Assembly (NCBI GenBank): GCA_951406725.2
Contig: OX597816.1
Coordinates: 52,018,001 to 52,082,000 of the forward strand
Length of the DNA: 64,000 nt
From: Octopus vulgaris
Lineage: Eukaryota
Reading direction: 5' to 3'
The notes under the pieces are model-generated. The model did not search any database, was not told the origin of the DNA, and saw nothing but the letters and a program-made list of their open reading frames with translations. The translations under genes and the position numbers were made by a program. Of the stretch, positions 14,264-29,319 are shown piece by piece. Every line of letters begins with the position of its first letter. Within the stretch, counting starts at the first letter, position 1.

Positions 14264-14577
14264 GAGGCGCAATGACCCAGTGGTTAGGGCAGCGCAATGA
14301 CCCAGTGGTTAGGATCGTGGTTTCGATTCCCAGACCGGGCGTTGTAAGTGTTTATTGAGCGAAAACCCCTAAAAGCTCCACGCGGCTCCGGCAGGGGGTG
14401 GTGGCGATCCCTGCTGTACTCATTCGCCACAACTTTCTCTCACTCTTTCTTCTGTTGGTCTGCTCGCTTAGCCAGGGGGGTGGCGTCATTTGAAGGCTAA
14501 AACAATACGAAACGCATTGTGACCAGCGATGTGTAGCAGCATCTGATAGCCTGGTCGGTCACGGTGATCACGGTGAT
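14263..14577 (+). mobile_element. tRNA-derived SINE, family C
   Basis: Head GGAGGCGCAATGACCCAGTGGTTAGG (duplicated), B box GGTTTCGATTCC, body shared with 51605-51755, tail ending in two copies of cacggtgat. Confidence 0.8.
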
Positions 14578-14583
14578 ACATAT

Positions 14584-14649
<66 letters not shown>

Positions 14650-14789
14650 GCATATACATTTATATATATATATATAAATGTATATGCATATGTATATATA
14701 CATATATGGAGGGGCTAGCAATTGAGTTAACGTTAGAATTACCATTCAACACACACACACACACACGCATGTGATCTCTTGAGCACCAC

Positions 14790-14973
14790 CAGCAAAAATA
14801 TTTTTTTCCTCTGTCTTCCCTTCTCGGGGTCTTTCATTCTCCTTTGTTTCCGACGAAGAGCTCCGCTCGAAACGTTAGACCCACCTTCCCTTCTTTCCTG
14901 AGCGTCAAATAATACTTTAATTGTTCCACGTCCTCGCGTTGCTGTGTTTTTTTCTGTGTTTTCTTGTTTGGAT

Positions 14974-14977
<4 letters not shown>
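14790..14977 (+). mobile_element. Penelope-like family Z element with minimal HHR variant at 14846-14880
   Basis: gttt-CCGACGA-A-GAGC tcc GCTC-GAAA-CG-TT-agac; ends ttggattaac then (TA)n; copies at 18872 and 39801. Confidence 0.7.
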
Positions 14978-15014
<37 letters not shown>

Positions 15015-15566
15015 TGCAGTATTTTCAAGTTTCCCTTAGTTTTAGCCACTACGAAAACTTCATTGTGTTATAGCTCTCGAAGCATGTAATCATTCATGGA
15101 TTATCGAACACCCTACAAACATGTTTAACACAAAGTATATTTTTATATAAATTTATAAACTATTAAATCCTATTTTATTATAATCCACCTTCCTTTAAAT
15201 TGATTTTAAAAACTTTTATGTTCGCGGTGGATATTTGAGAACTTTGTAAATTTCTTTTTTACAGGCAAATAATTCGCATCAAAATTCTCCATGTTTCGGC
15301 TCCATCTGTTACTTTCCAGTATTAATTTCTATATTCCTATAGATTTGTATAGAAACAATAAGTTTCGGTTAAGGCGTTCTCTGTACCGTTCCATTGTGGC
15401 AGCATCACGCCAGATATTTTTACTGAACTATAAACACGACATTTTGTCAGGCCGCTCTGTATTTATTTATCTATCTATCTATCATTCCGCATGTCTTTCT
15501 GTTTATCTATCTAACTATTTATCTATCATCTATGTATCTATCTATTTCTCTCTCTCTCCCTCTCTC

Positions 15567-15970
<404 letters not shown>

Positions 15971-16146
15971 ACATACATACATATATATATATACACATAC
16001 AGCATATATAAAGATAGATAAACAGATAGATAGATACATACATACATACATACATACATATGCGTATCTATGTATCTATCTATCGTTATATATATATATA
16101 AAATGATAGATCGATACACAAACAGACAGCTAGCTAGCTAGCTAAC

Positions 16147-16272
<126 letters not shown>

Positions 16273-16313
16273 TACATTCATACATTATATAGCCGTGTTT
16301 GTCTCTGCATCTG

Positions 16314-16348
<35 letters not shown>

Positions 16349-18535
16349 GTATCTATGCATTAATGTATCAATTTGCGTGGTTACGTACGATGTTATAACA
16401 ATTGAAATCTTTTGTTTTAGCACAACATAATATAATGCATTATATCTGAAAATATGAATTAACTCTATAATGAGATGATATAAACGTAAATGTGTACTCT
16501 TGTCTTATTTATTTATTCTTATTATATATACATTTATATAATGCATGTGCACACACACACACACACATATTTATATATACATACATTCAATATATATGTA
16601 TATTCCCTAGCTCACAATTCTCTATTTTGTATTTTACTATGTACAGTTGTTAACGTACATCGAGCCACATGTATTTGCATATTTGTACAAAGAAGTAATC
16701 AGCATACTCTTGTGGATATTATCTCCAATAGATTTCACATTCGAACCAACCTCATAAAAAAATTGATGCATTATTAAACTTATCTGAGGAATATTTAAAC
16801 ATCATAAAAAAAAGTTCACCGATCTTATCTGATCTCTGTAGAAAATAGCAAAAATTGTACAATGTGTACTTTCATAGAAGATAAATCTTATGACTAGACA
16901 GGAAAAAACAGCAATTTCATCAAAGTAATTTCGGTATGGCTAGGACTTTATCGTGATGGAAAACTGAGCTTACCACTTTAAACATTCAGAACTAGTCGTT
17001 TAGTGTAAGTGATGAAACAAGAATTATATGAATACATAAAGGCTGAGGCATAATAAATTACACAAGCACACACATACACATGTGTGTGCGTGTGCATGTG
17101 TGTGTGTGCATGTGAATGTGTGTGTGTATGTGTGTGTGCGTGTGTGTGCATTCTGTTTTATCAGATATATCTGTCGAGTTTTGCGTAAAATCTCTTTCCT
17201 CGGCCTAATTTCAAACAGCTCAACTGGGATTTGTGCCACACCATCAATAAGTACCTTCTGATTTTCTCCTATTTCTCCCACTTGTATCGCATTGTAATGA
17301 TTCATATTTAAAATATGTCCGACTTTTGAAGCCACTTACACATTCCTGGACGCTGTCTTCTTTACCTGGACGTTCTTCAACGTAGCTTTCAACAGCATGT
17401 ACTCTATCTATGAGGTGACACCACTGTACAGAATATCTTCCAAAGGGTCATCATTTCCTTACTTCGTCAAAATGGTTTATGTGAGACACCACCCGCTGTT
17501 TTTGCGCCAAGCACGTCCCCTAAAATGAGAGCTTTCTTTTTTGTCCGCTGTCTGCTTTCCCACTCATCTTCATAAGTTACAGTTTCAAGCACTCCATCAA
17601 TATTGTACTTCTTTTATGTCACTCACGACAAGTCTGTAGCGTTGTCAAGCCCGAGAGAGTTACCACTCACCAATGCCAAACGGATAAACTTATTGTATTG
17701 AAACTGAACGGGAATTATTGAGGGAATCCTGTTTTTTTTCTTAAGTTTAGCACCACGTTACATGATTTCCATGTAACGTGAAAAGAATTGCCTCGCTCAA
17801 GTATAAAACGCACAGCCGTTTTCGAGAATAGAGCGAAAGATCCTGTGTTCTTGCAATTAATACACTAACAACTACGCAATGCTACTTCATACAAGCACAT
17901 ACATACCTAGCTACTCACATACACACACCCCACACCCACATGATATATATATATATATATATATATACCCACACGCACATATGTACGTTTTAAATGTATA
18001 CATATATACATGTAACCTTAACCATACATACATGCGTACATGAATACATGCATATATACACACATGCATACATACATACATGCATACATACACACATACA
18101 TACATACATACATACTTACATACATACACACATACATACATACATACATACATACATACATACATACATACATACATACATACATACATACATAACAAAG
18201 CTACTTCGAAGACTACAGATCCAATCCATCATTGGAACTCTAAAAATCTGTAAAACTTTCCAGAAGTTTATCATTTAAATACATATGAGCATGTCTAGAA
18301 ATGCACCTATATGCATGAGAATAGATACATACATAAAGCATGACATACAGATCTGCACATATACATATATACATGCATACATACAAACAGAAATATCCTG
18401 TTCTCATGTTGAAATTCCAATGAAGGAGCCTTGAATCTAAGATCGAAACCAACTCTCTCTCTGTCTATTGGCCAGAAATCTTGAATTAAACAGAACAGTG
18501 ACATACATACATACATACATACATACATACATACA

Positions 18536-18566
<31 letters not shown>

Positions 18567-18795
18567 CTCTATATACGTATGAATATGTGTATGAAGCAAT
18601 CGTTTCACAGAATTTCTTAACGTCTAATATTCTTCAGAAGCATTAAAAATGTATTTCTTGACCGAAGGATCGCTTCTTCCAAAATCCTAGTAGCACTAAA
18701 GAATCCCCAGCTCTGTCTAACTTATTATTTTCAGTCATATGTGATAAATTTGCCCCGATTTCTTAAAATACAGACGTGTATCTACATACATAAAT

Positions 18796-18853
<58 letters not shown>

Positions 18854-18871
18854 CTATCTATATATATATAT

Positions 18872-19026
18872 AGTTAAAGTTAATCCAAACAAGAAAGCAC
18901 AAAAAAACACAACAACGCGAGGACGTGGAACAAATATAGTATTATTGGACGCTCAGGAAAGAAGGAAAGGAGGGTTTAACGTTTCGAGCAGAGCTCTTCG
19001 TCGGAAACATAGGAGAAGGAAAGATC
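18872..19026 (-). mobile_element. Penelope-like family Z copy with HHR variant at 18974-19008
   Basis: Minus strand: gttt-CCGACGA-A-GAGC tct GCTC-GAAA-CG-TT-aaac. Confidence 0.7.
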
Positions 19027-19107
<81 letters not shown>

Positions 19108-19252
19108 TTGACTGATATAGATACAGATATATATATAGATGCATGTTTGTATGAATATGTATAAATATGTGTACCAGTGTATGTGCGTGTGTGTGTGTAT
19201 TTATAAGCTTGCCAATATATGCATACGGAAGCATGTATTTATCCATCTGTGA

Positions 19253-19312
<60 letters not shown>

Positions 19313-19999
19313 CATGTCTGTGTGTGTGTACAGATGGTTTTGTTTCTTAACAGCTGTATAAATGCCCTAAGCATATAAATATATTTCCTTTTATATATAC
19401 ACTTATCGACGTACACCATCACTCACAAACATGTACACACACGGAAATAAATACTCAAACCTTCAAACATATCAATCTTAAGTATGTTTAAAAAGTGAGA
19501 AAGGCATTTTAATGGTTTGGCTTTCGTGCCCATTAGTGCATCAATATAGTCGAATGTAATAGTTAAAGCTGCTGTTTTTCTTTCTGCAGGTCACCTTGTG
19601 GAAAAGCATCAAGAAGTTTGAAATCATTCAAAGTTTACCATTAATCGTAACAGACTGGAAATTCGTTTTGCTTTTGCATTAATCTCTTCAAATCAACGTC
19701 TCCATACAAATTTGCGCGACTGCAGTAATGTCAGCTCTCAAGTAATCAACTGTTTGACTCTTGTGTTATCTTCTCGAGACACTCCTAAAACCAACAAATG
19801 AAAACCAAGCGTACATACAAGATCATGAACGCTAACTCAAACAACGATGTTTTTCATGACAAGGGCAACGATTATGACGACGACGACGATGATGAAGATG
19901 ATGACGACGACTGTGACGACGACGACGACGACGACGATGATGATGAAGATGACGAGTCTTCCGGATTTAGGTTCAAATGAAACTATCTTAAGGACGTGG

Positions 20000-20390
20000 A
20001 CGGTAATCAGTTATATCGACTCCTGTACTTGACAGGTACTTTATTTTTGAGCCCCCGGAGGAATAAGAAGCAAAGTTAACAGCGGTGGTACTTGAACTCA
20101 GAACGTAAACAGCCGGCATAAATGCAGTAAAGTATTTATTTCCAAACTCTAACAATTCCGTCATCAATAATAATTATTAGTACCCTAGACACAAGGCCTT
20201 AAAAACTTTTGGAGAAGGGAGCTAGTCGATTATATCGTTCTCCAGCGCATAACCGGTACTTATTTTATCGACCCGAAAGGATGAAAGGCAAAGTCGACCT
20301 CGGCGGAATTTGAACTCAGAACGTAGCGGCGGACGAAATACAGCTAAGCATTACTCCCGGCGTGCTAACGTTTCTGCCAGCTCGCCGCCT
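20000..20390 (-). mobile_element. Two adjacent SINE family B copies (about 20000-20165 degenerate; about 20180-20390)
   Basis: Minus-strand head GGCGGCGAGCTGGCAGAAACGTTAG, B box GAGTTCAAATTCC, central GCCTTTCATCCTTTCGGGTCGATAAA (Meta-domain-like). Confidence 0.8.
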
Positions 20391-20532
20391 TTCTGCCAAC
20401 AATAATAATGATTTCTTTTACTTATTATTATATTTATTCGTTTTCTAAAAATAATTAATAATCCTTTCTACTACAAACACAAGGCCTGAAATTATTTTAG
20501 GGGAGGGAGAAGTCGATTACATTAGCCCAAGT

Positions 20533-20963
20533 GATGTTTTCTGCAAGTGATCCAACCTTATTACCAGCGCATAACCGGTACTTATTTTATCGACCATTTT
20601 TGTTCCATGTACTACTCAAGATTTTTACTCACTGTTCCCAGGACTATGACAATTATTGGTACTGCTATTACTTTTTTCATCGACCACAACTGCTTCAACT
20701 GCCGAACTAACCTGTCATATCTATCACCATTTTGTCCACAAATTCTGCACTTATCAATTTCTGATGTGTTGTCTGTTCTGTATTTTATGTAATTTGTTCT
20801 TAGTGCTTGCTCTTGGGCAGCACAGATTAGAGCCTCCATTTTCGGTTTTAAATCTCTTTTAGTCATCCACAGCCATCTTTTTTCGCTGTCTGTCTTATCT
20901 TCAACATCCTTGGGAAAATGTCCATGCAGTCTTTTCTTTACCCGCCTATTTTCATTTTCATTC
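20533..20963 (-). pseudogene. R4/Dong-clade non-LTR retrotransposon fragment (internally deleted; zinc-knuckle region and C-terminus)
   Basis: ORF 20612-20866 contains EALICAAQEQALRTNYIKY..KCRICG joined to RYDRLVRQLKQLWSMKKV..PIIV..LGTVSKNLE; abuts a (TTA)n run. Confidence 0.8.
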
Positions 20964-21059
<96 letters not shown>

Positions 21060-21138
21060 ATTACCCTTCAGTACCCCCAGGAAACTGGGTGTGTCTCGGC
21101 AAGTAACTGTAACAAACAAGTAGATTAAGAGTAAAAAA

Positions 21139-21180
<42 letters not shown>

Positions 21181-21712
21181 TGCCCTGATGCAGTACCAGG
21201 CAGTGGCTCTCATGGCTTCTGATCATAACTGATTGGAAGTGTTATCATGTACATTGTTTTGTCTTGGTATAAAAGATGGGCTACAGCAAATATTCGGCTC
21301 AATACCACAGATTTGCTTGTCAGTTGTTTGACCTTAACCAGTTGAGCATGTCCCTTAGTGGCTGACGATATGTGCATCTCTGATCATGAGCAGAAGTAGT
21401 GGGGGAGCATCATAGCCATGTGTTGAAATTCACCTTTGGAAACATGGGTGGTTCGTTCAACATCCTTAAAAAATCCTTATTCAGGGACCTTTTGAGCGGG
21501 ATGGGCTACTCGACCAGAAGAAAATTCTAATTAGGCCCCACCTGCAAGGTCATGCGCTGTTTATCTTGATATGAGATCACCATGTCACGCACATATGGTT
21601 GTGATGCATGTACCTGGTTTACCCTTATCAGACGGGGAGTCATGATGGGTATACTGGGCTTCGTATATTTTACCCCAGTGTCACTTTGATGGCATGCACT
21701 GCTCTCTCACTC
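21181..21712 (+). mobile_element. About 530-bp non-coding element embedded in (TAA)n, unclassified; strand inferred from the TAA tail
   Basis: Sharp GC-richer block between two (TAA)n runs; no meaningful ORF; 5' stem tgcc..tg...ca ggca. Confidence 0.55.
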
Positions 21713-21798
<86 letters not shown>

Positions 21799-21834
21799 GA
21801 ACAACAACTACAACAACAACAATAATAATTTTTA

Positions 21835-22465
21835 ACTTCTACTTGTTCCAGTCAACGGACTGCGAACATGCCGGACCACCAGCTTGAAGATATTTAGTCA
21901 AACGTGCCGATTCCAGTACTTACCTTGCTTTTCAGCCTGAAACTTATTCTACTGGCCCATTTTGCCGAACCGATAACCAATACAGGTCATCAAGCAGTGT
22001 TGGTGCGGGGTGTGTTTGCAAATAGAGACGCAAAGAAACGTGTGAGCACACACACACACACACATATATAAAGTAAAGACCCCCTTCGGTCATGAATGAC
22101 CATGAGATTGCACCTAGAAAGTTACCCTCCTAGACACAAGTCCGGGCGAGGTTGTTTATGGAAGAGCAGCAGTCGCCCATGCATACCAGCCTCCCCTCTC
22201 CACGCCACCAGTGTTATCCAAGGGAAAGACAAATGTCGATACAGCTTGGCACCCGTGACGTCGCAACTCATTTCTATATATATATATATATATATATCGA
22301 CCGCGAGACCGCGATTCTTTCAGTTTCCGTCTACCAAATCCATGCACAAAACATTGGTTGGCCGGTGGAAATAACCTGCCCAAGTTGTTACGCAGTGAAA
22401 CTGAAGCTGGAACTGAAGCTGGAACTATGTGGTTGGGAAGCAAATTTTCTTACCACACATCCTAG
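21835..22465 (-). mobile_element. Degenerate SINE family A with a family D fragment (22073-22276) nested in its internal microsatellite
   Basis: Family A tail at 21835-22030 and head at 22315-22465; the insert shares gcccatgcataccagcct...atccaagggaaa with 41712-41810. Confidence 0.7.
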
Positions 22466-23736
22466 TTCCTACAAATAATATTTTGCGTGTAGATTCAGAT
22501 CGAAGAGCTACATTCGCAATATGTTTTATAATCAGTTTGGTGTCTTTCCCAATATTTCCATCGTTAAGTATAAGTGATTTTGTCTCAACATCAAAGAGAA
22601 CATTTCCTCTTTATGGTACCACACCCTTTTGACTCGCAGCATAAATTCTTTTAGATTCTCTCGTGTTTGTACATTTATTTTAAATACATTTGTCTAGATG
22701 TATAATGTCTCTGTGAACGTGAATTCTTTTACCGTCATAGTTGATAGAAAATGGCAGAGTGACGCTATTGGAAAGAGGATAACACTATATCGAACGGTAT
22801 TTATTTGTATCTCAATGCCTTTGATGCCAGAATGACGTTTTGGCATTTATTTTCTCGAGACACAAATCATTCAAATCCATGTAGGAGCGTCTGTACGTTT
22901 CATCCCGCTGCCTTTTGATAAAGAATAAAGTACAGCTGAACTCATAAGCTTCGCTTAAATACGGCATAAGTTCCGTAGTTAGACGTAGATGAAACTAGAC
23001 AGCGTAATTTTACTTTATATAAGCGACATAAATAATCATTGCTGACACTGCACAACGATTCTACGACTAGTCGGTGCTCTATGTCTATGTGTATCCGTGT
23101 GAGCGTGCACGTGTGTGAGAGAGAGAGAAAAATGTGTATGTGGGTGTCTATGCGCATCTCTGTGTCTGTATGGTTTTGTGTGTGTGAGAGGGAGAGAGTG
23201 TGTGAGTGTAAAGACATAAAGTAGAAGAAATGGGATCATGTACCTCGGATTGAATTTTGTGTCTGCTGTAAATTGCGTCGCGTGTTAAAAACGTCATGAA
23301 AGGGGCCTCACAACTTCAACTGTTTAAATTAAAATCTTAACCTATCAAGCTAATAGACAGATAGATAGATAGATAGATAGATAGATACATACATACATAC
23401 ATACATACATACATACATACATACATACATACATAGACAGATAGACATAAAGACAGACTGTCAGACAGTTAGAGAGACAGACAGTCAAAAAGACAAGCAG
23501 AAAAGCAACCTGACAGAGATATACACACACACACATACATACACACATACATACATACATACATACATACATACATACATACATGCATACATACATACAT
23601 ACATACATACATACATACATACATACATACATACATACATACATACATGCATGCATACATACATACATACATACATACATACATACATACATTAACATAC
23701 TTCTGTGACAATCTATAGTTGTATGTATTTTTGTAA

Positions 23737-24226
<490 letters not shown>

Positions 24227-24258
24227 ATGTATGTATGTATGTATGTATGTATGTATAT

Positions 24259-24880
24259 GATTAGCAGCTGCCCAAAATTGTGATCAAGGTACTGCCGCTG
24301 TAGCAAAAGCAATATTCTATACCATTCGGAAAAGAAAAAGACTGTCCTAGAATACATATAGAGAATCCTCTTGTTATTGAATACATTGAGAAACCTTAGC
24401 ACAAGAAATACTAGTGGAACATACCCATCAAGACATTTGTCGAGTGAAAACATAACAGACCGGATATTGTTGTTTGAGATAGATATGAAAATTATGTTCC
24501 ATAATAGAGATCACCTCTCTTGCTGACGTGGATATCTCTTTGAAAAGCAGAGAGAAAGAGGATAACCATAGACAACTTCTTCGAAACCTCCAAATTTTAT
24601 ATCCAGATTATAAATTCACTTTACACCAATAATAAGTGATGCAGTTAATTTTGTGAGGAAATGCTTAGGTGACATTTCTGAAAATTAAGGTTTTAAGAAA
24701 AAGAAATCCGCCAACTAACACGCACATTATAAATTCAATCTTTAAATGGAGTAGTAACAGAATGCAAGACTTTTCTGAAGTTTAAAATCTGACCTTGTTT
24801 TTGTTATCTACATTCCAACGATGGAGTTTTGTATCTTAGTTAGAAACCAGCCCCTTCTTCAGAGAAAGTTAAATAATTAA
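24259..24880 (+). pseudogene. RLE-type (R4-like) non-LTR retrotransposon 3' fragment
   Basis: Manual translation: ISSCPKL..VAKAIFYTIRK..WNIPIKT..KHNRPDIVV*DR..LCSIIEITSLADVDI..EKEDNHRQLLRNLQILYPDYKF, a PD-(D/E)xK-type endonuclease with stops and frameshifts. Confidence 0.75.
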
Positions 24881-25879
24881 AAACGGAAGAGAATATAGAC
24901 ACATACATCATAATTGCAGACATTCATGCATAATGTGAATGTGCATGTATGTATTTAATGGAATAATGTATGTCGACTTTATACATCTTCCACCAAATTC
25001 GTAGCCTTATGCTTATGATAGAAATTGTGTTGAGCACTGCTAGAAATGCATTTTGGTTAATCTTATATCTTATATCTTTCTAGTTTGAATACGAATGGCA
25101 TCGATAGAGAGTGAACCTCTAAACAATTTTAAATCTACGTATTTTATGCAACTATCTATTTGAATTTATGTTTGAAAATGTCGTTAGAAATCGCAAAAAC
25201 ATTTGCCCCGCAGCGGAAATAGTTGTGATCTCATAAATGTGAACTTCTGCACATCCATTTTCTTTTGAAATGTAAAAAAGAGTGGGGATTATATTATATA
25301 ATAGTCAATAAAACAAATAAAATTTGAAAGACAAATTTGAATTAAAACAATTTGGACAAAAAGGTAATGGGACGAGATATCACCCACTACAGCATTCCTG
25401 CTGTTGGAAATTATTGCAGGACTAGAAAAGATGAATATTTGCATTATGTTAGTGTATCCTTAACTCCAAAACTCATTTTGGAAAGTAACACGCTAATGGT
25501 TTTCAAAAGAGTCAAGAGATTTGCTTTAGTCAAAAACGAATTATTGGCAGATGGACGTTTGACCGATGTGTTACTGGAGGTACTTCTTCGGGCTCTCGCC
25601 TCTAAAGTTCTACTAAGGTCAACTTTATTATTTGTCATCGCCTAACTCCTTTCCCTGAAATTTCTGCTTTTTTGCCTAAATTAGAAATTTATTGTAACAT
25701 AAGAGCACCCAGATTTCTTAGAGAATTCTGTGTTCGCTGATATCAGTTTTGCATCTCAGTCTATCCGGGAACCACGGAATGAAGTGCCACTACTAGGGTC
25801 AATAGTTTCGACTAACCTCCTCCTCCCCTCAGACTCGCTGACTTTGTGTCTAAATCAGAAACTATTATTATTATTCTTA

Positions 25880-26065
25880 GGGCAGCGATCTGGCAGAATC
25901 GTTAGTATGCCGGGCAAAATATTTAGCAGCATTTCGTTCGTCCGTTACGTTTTGAGTTGAAATTACGGCGAGTCGATTTTGCCTTTCATTCTTTCGAGAT
26001 CGATAAAAGTAAGTACCAGTTGAGCAATGGGATTATTGCTGGTCTTGTGCCAAATTTGAAACCAT
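25880..26065 (+). mobile_element. SINE family B (degenerate)
   Basis: gggcagcgatctggcagaatcgttag...gcctttcattctttcgagatcgataaaagtaagtaccag. Confidence 0.7.
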
Positions 26066-26591
26066 TATTATTGCTATTGTTGTCGTTTGCACTGTATGAA
26101 TTATTTAATATGAGGCCTGAGTAGATTATGATTTGTCAGTGTGTACATGAACATGCTTCATTCCGAAAAAATATGTCTTCGAGATATTTTAGAGTCTACC
26201 CCATTACCATGGAAGTATGTGCTATATTTTTATATTATTATGAAATATCGATTGCCGGTGATTACTATGGATTTTTCTGAGGGAAACGGGGACTGATGCT
26301 AACTGCAATTGCTGTAACAAATGATACACCTCCTAGAAAAAATTTTGAACACAAATATGAATAGTTTTTTTTTTTTAAATCACAAGCAGAAAAAAGATAA
26401 CAATTATACATTAAGAACGGTTATAATTACACACAAAATAATGATGATTCTACAAATAAACACATCTGTATTCACAGACTTTTAATTTTAGCAAACAGAA
26501 GCGATTAGCAGACATTAGCAGCAGTCACACCAACAGCAGCAGACGTGAAGGTGCAATGGCTCAGTGGTTAATGCCATGAGTTCTGATTGGA

Positions 26592-26668
26592 AGAAGAAGA
26601 AGAAGAAGAAGAAGAAGAAGAAGAAGAAGAAGAAGAAGAAGAAGAAGAAGAAGAAGAAGAAGAAGAAG
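26592..26668. repeat. (AAG)n microsatellite
   Basis: Perfect run; source of the poly-K/poly-L ORFs. Confidence 0.95.
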
Positions 26669-26794
26669 ACAGCAGTTGGCATGAAAATATACTGTTACCA
26701 GAAGATATCCAGACACAACATATCCTCGTTCATAGAAGCCTATAAAAACAAAACATAGGGCTCCTCTCAATCACGTCAGAACTGGCCAGAATGT

Positions 26795-27217
26795 AGGGCG
26801 ACGAGCTGGAAGAAACGTTAGCACGCCGGGCGAAATGCGTAGCGGTATTTCATCTGCCGTTACGTTCTGAGTTCAAATTCCGCCGAGGTTGACTTTGCCT
26901 TTCATCCTTTCGGAGTCGATAAATTAAGTACCATTTACGCACTGGGGTCGATGTAATCGACTTAATCCCTTTGTCTGTCCTTGTTTGTCGCCTCTGTGTT
27001 TAGCCCCTTGTGGGTAGTAAAGAAATAGAAATAGGTATTTCGTCTGTCTTTACGTCCTGAGTTCAAATTCCGCCGAGGTCGACTTTACTTTTCATCCTTT
27101 CGGGGTCGATAAATTAAGTACCAGTTGCGCACTGGGGTCGATGTAATCGACTTAATCCCTTTGTCTGTCCTTGTTTGTTCCTTCTATGTGTAGCCCCTTG
27201 TGGGCAATAAAGAAATA
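26795..27217 (+). mobile_element. Dimeric SINE family B with 17-bp target site duplication
   Basis: One head plus two bodies; TSD agaactggccagaatgt (26778-26794) and agaaccggccagaatgt (27218-27234). Confidence 0.9.
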
Positions 27218-29107
27218 AGAACCGGCCAGAATGTCACCATCAATAGAACCCTCTACCGTATATTTGCATCAGTGAAGAAATGAAGGATGGATATGATGTT
27301 AAACTAACGGAATCAGCAACACAAACACACACATACACAAAGGCTCAAACAGAAATAAAATTAATCGAAATTGGCAAAATTGTTTGAGAAATGAAATCAA
27401 TGTACAGCAGTATTTGTTCCGGTTCTCTATAACTTGAGTTCAAATCACGTCAATATCATCTTTGATTTTATTTTTCCAGAATTGATAAATAAAACACCGG
27501 CTCAGTGCTGGCGCAGCCCTCTCTGCTCCTAGCTGAGCCATGCTGGTTGAAAAGCTTGGTGAAGCGTGTGTGTGTGTACAAAAGATATCTATATTTCATT
27601 GTGACTATATGAATATTTAAGACCATTAACGAAACCATGGCACATAGAGTTACCAAATCATATTTGATTGTGATGGAGGTCCGTATTATGATTATTATAT
27701 TGTTATTACATCCCAAAACGAGTTGTAAAACGTTTTCAATGAATATATGAGCCCTTGTGGTAAATAAAAGAAAGATTTGTCATCAATTTTATTGTTGTTG
27801 TTGTTGTTGCTGCTGTTGGGGCATCTGCTGCTGGCGCGTTTTGCCGTTGTTATTGTTATTGACTTGTTGAGATGTACTATAATATAAGCATTATGTATGG
27901 TAATTGCGGCTCTGAGCAACGCCATACACATAATCCCCCATTAAAATCCATCATTTGCAATGAATCGGAAAAGCCAAAAACCTCTGAAATTGTTCTCCAC
28001 GTCTTCGATTTTTATTTTATAAGTTTTTACCATTTTTTCTTCCTTTAATCTTCTACAGCTGCTATCTAAAACAGATTTGGAGAATACAACATGAATGCAA
28101 CATAAATTGCATTCATTTTCTCAAAACCCAATTATCGATATCTTTTCCATTTCACTGGACACAACACTTGATTTTTCTATTATCTCTTCAGTATGTATTA
28201 TAGGAGAACTACAGATGGCAGAGTCGAGAGGGTATCACCCAATAGGCCAATAGGTCAACATTTCGCAATATGACAGTAGCATTCTACAATCTATATTTCC
28301 ACTACATTTAACTCCTGATAATATTGCCTACTTAGTTTGTAAATCCTAACCAAGAGATGTTTTTACTGACCACCGTAACGCAACAGAGAAATATTTAACG
28401 ATGAATTTAATATTTGGTGATTTTGTATTTTTTTTTATTTAAATCTCCTGGGCTACAGCCCTCCAATGCGCCACAAGAAAGTACTGTCTGGTGTACAAGT
28501 TACTAGATTCGCTTCCGAAGAAACGACCGAGTGTTTTGTCTAACATTTCTGTTAGACTAAAAGAAATTCCTTTAGTTTTTGGAAAATACTGAGCTAAGCA
28601 GAGCTTGTATACCGATATTCAGAAATGCAGACTTTAAAACGCCGACTCGCCCTTTAATGCCTTTGCTACAATCCACTTTGTTGCAACCATTCGGGCGTGA
28701 TATCTAGTATCAGGATAGCTCGATACCATGATACTCTGCTACATACTGCAGCAAACTCATGAGAGATGGTTTCTTCTATTTCCTCCACCAGTATAAAAGG
28801 CCCAGTCAAAACTTGTCTGTGCTATCAGCTCCTATCAGACTTAAGCATAACAAAGCAATCAGTTGATGTTGTCTCAATTTATGTCAGATACCAGGTACCA
28901 GTTACAACTATAATTTTATATTCTCATCTTTTCGTATTTTAACCTTAACACACTTAACCAGGGTTTAAAGAAAAGTTCTGGGGTTGATACATTCAACTAA
29001 AACTCTCCAAGGCGGTGTCCCTCAAACAAATAGAAGATAAAAGATGTGTGTTTATGTGTTGTTTGTATATGTATATGTGTATGTATGTATGTATGTATGT
29101 ATGTATG

Positions 29108-29159
<52 letters not shown>

Positions 29160-29319
29160 CATACATACATACACATATATATATATATTTATTTATATAT
29201 ATAAGTGCAGTTAAAGGTTAAAACACTCATTAAAGGATGATAAAATCCAATAAATATACTGGTTTATTACCTATTACAAAATGTTTGAATGTTTCATTTA
29301 ATATTCAATTGTAAGGAAA

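Noticed and set aside
19570-19990. Strong splice-acceptor-like tttttctttctgcag at 19589 and the downstream poly-Asp ORF (19798-19980)
   Set aside because: All frames stop within about 30 codons, there is no convincing donor or partner exon, and the poly-Asp is a GAC/GAT microsatellite. A non-coding or UTR exon cannot be excluded.
25352-25645. Overlapping non-repetitive ORFs on both strands
   Set aside because: Short, no recognisable motif, and no consistent splice signals.
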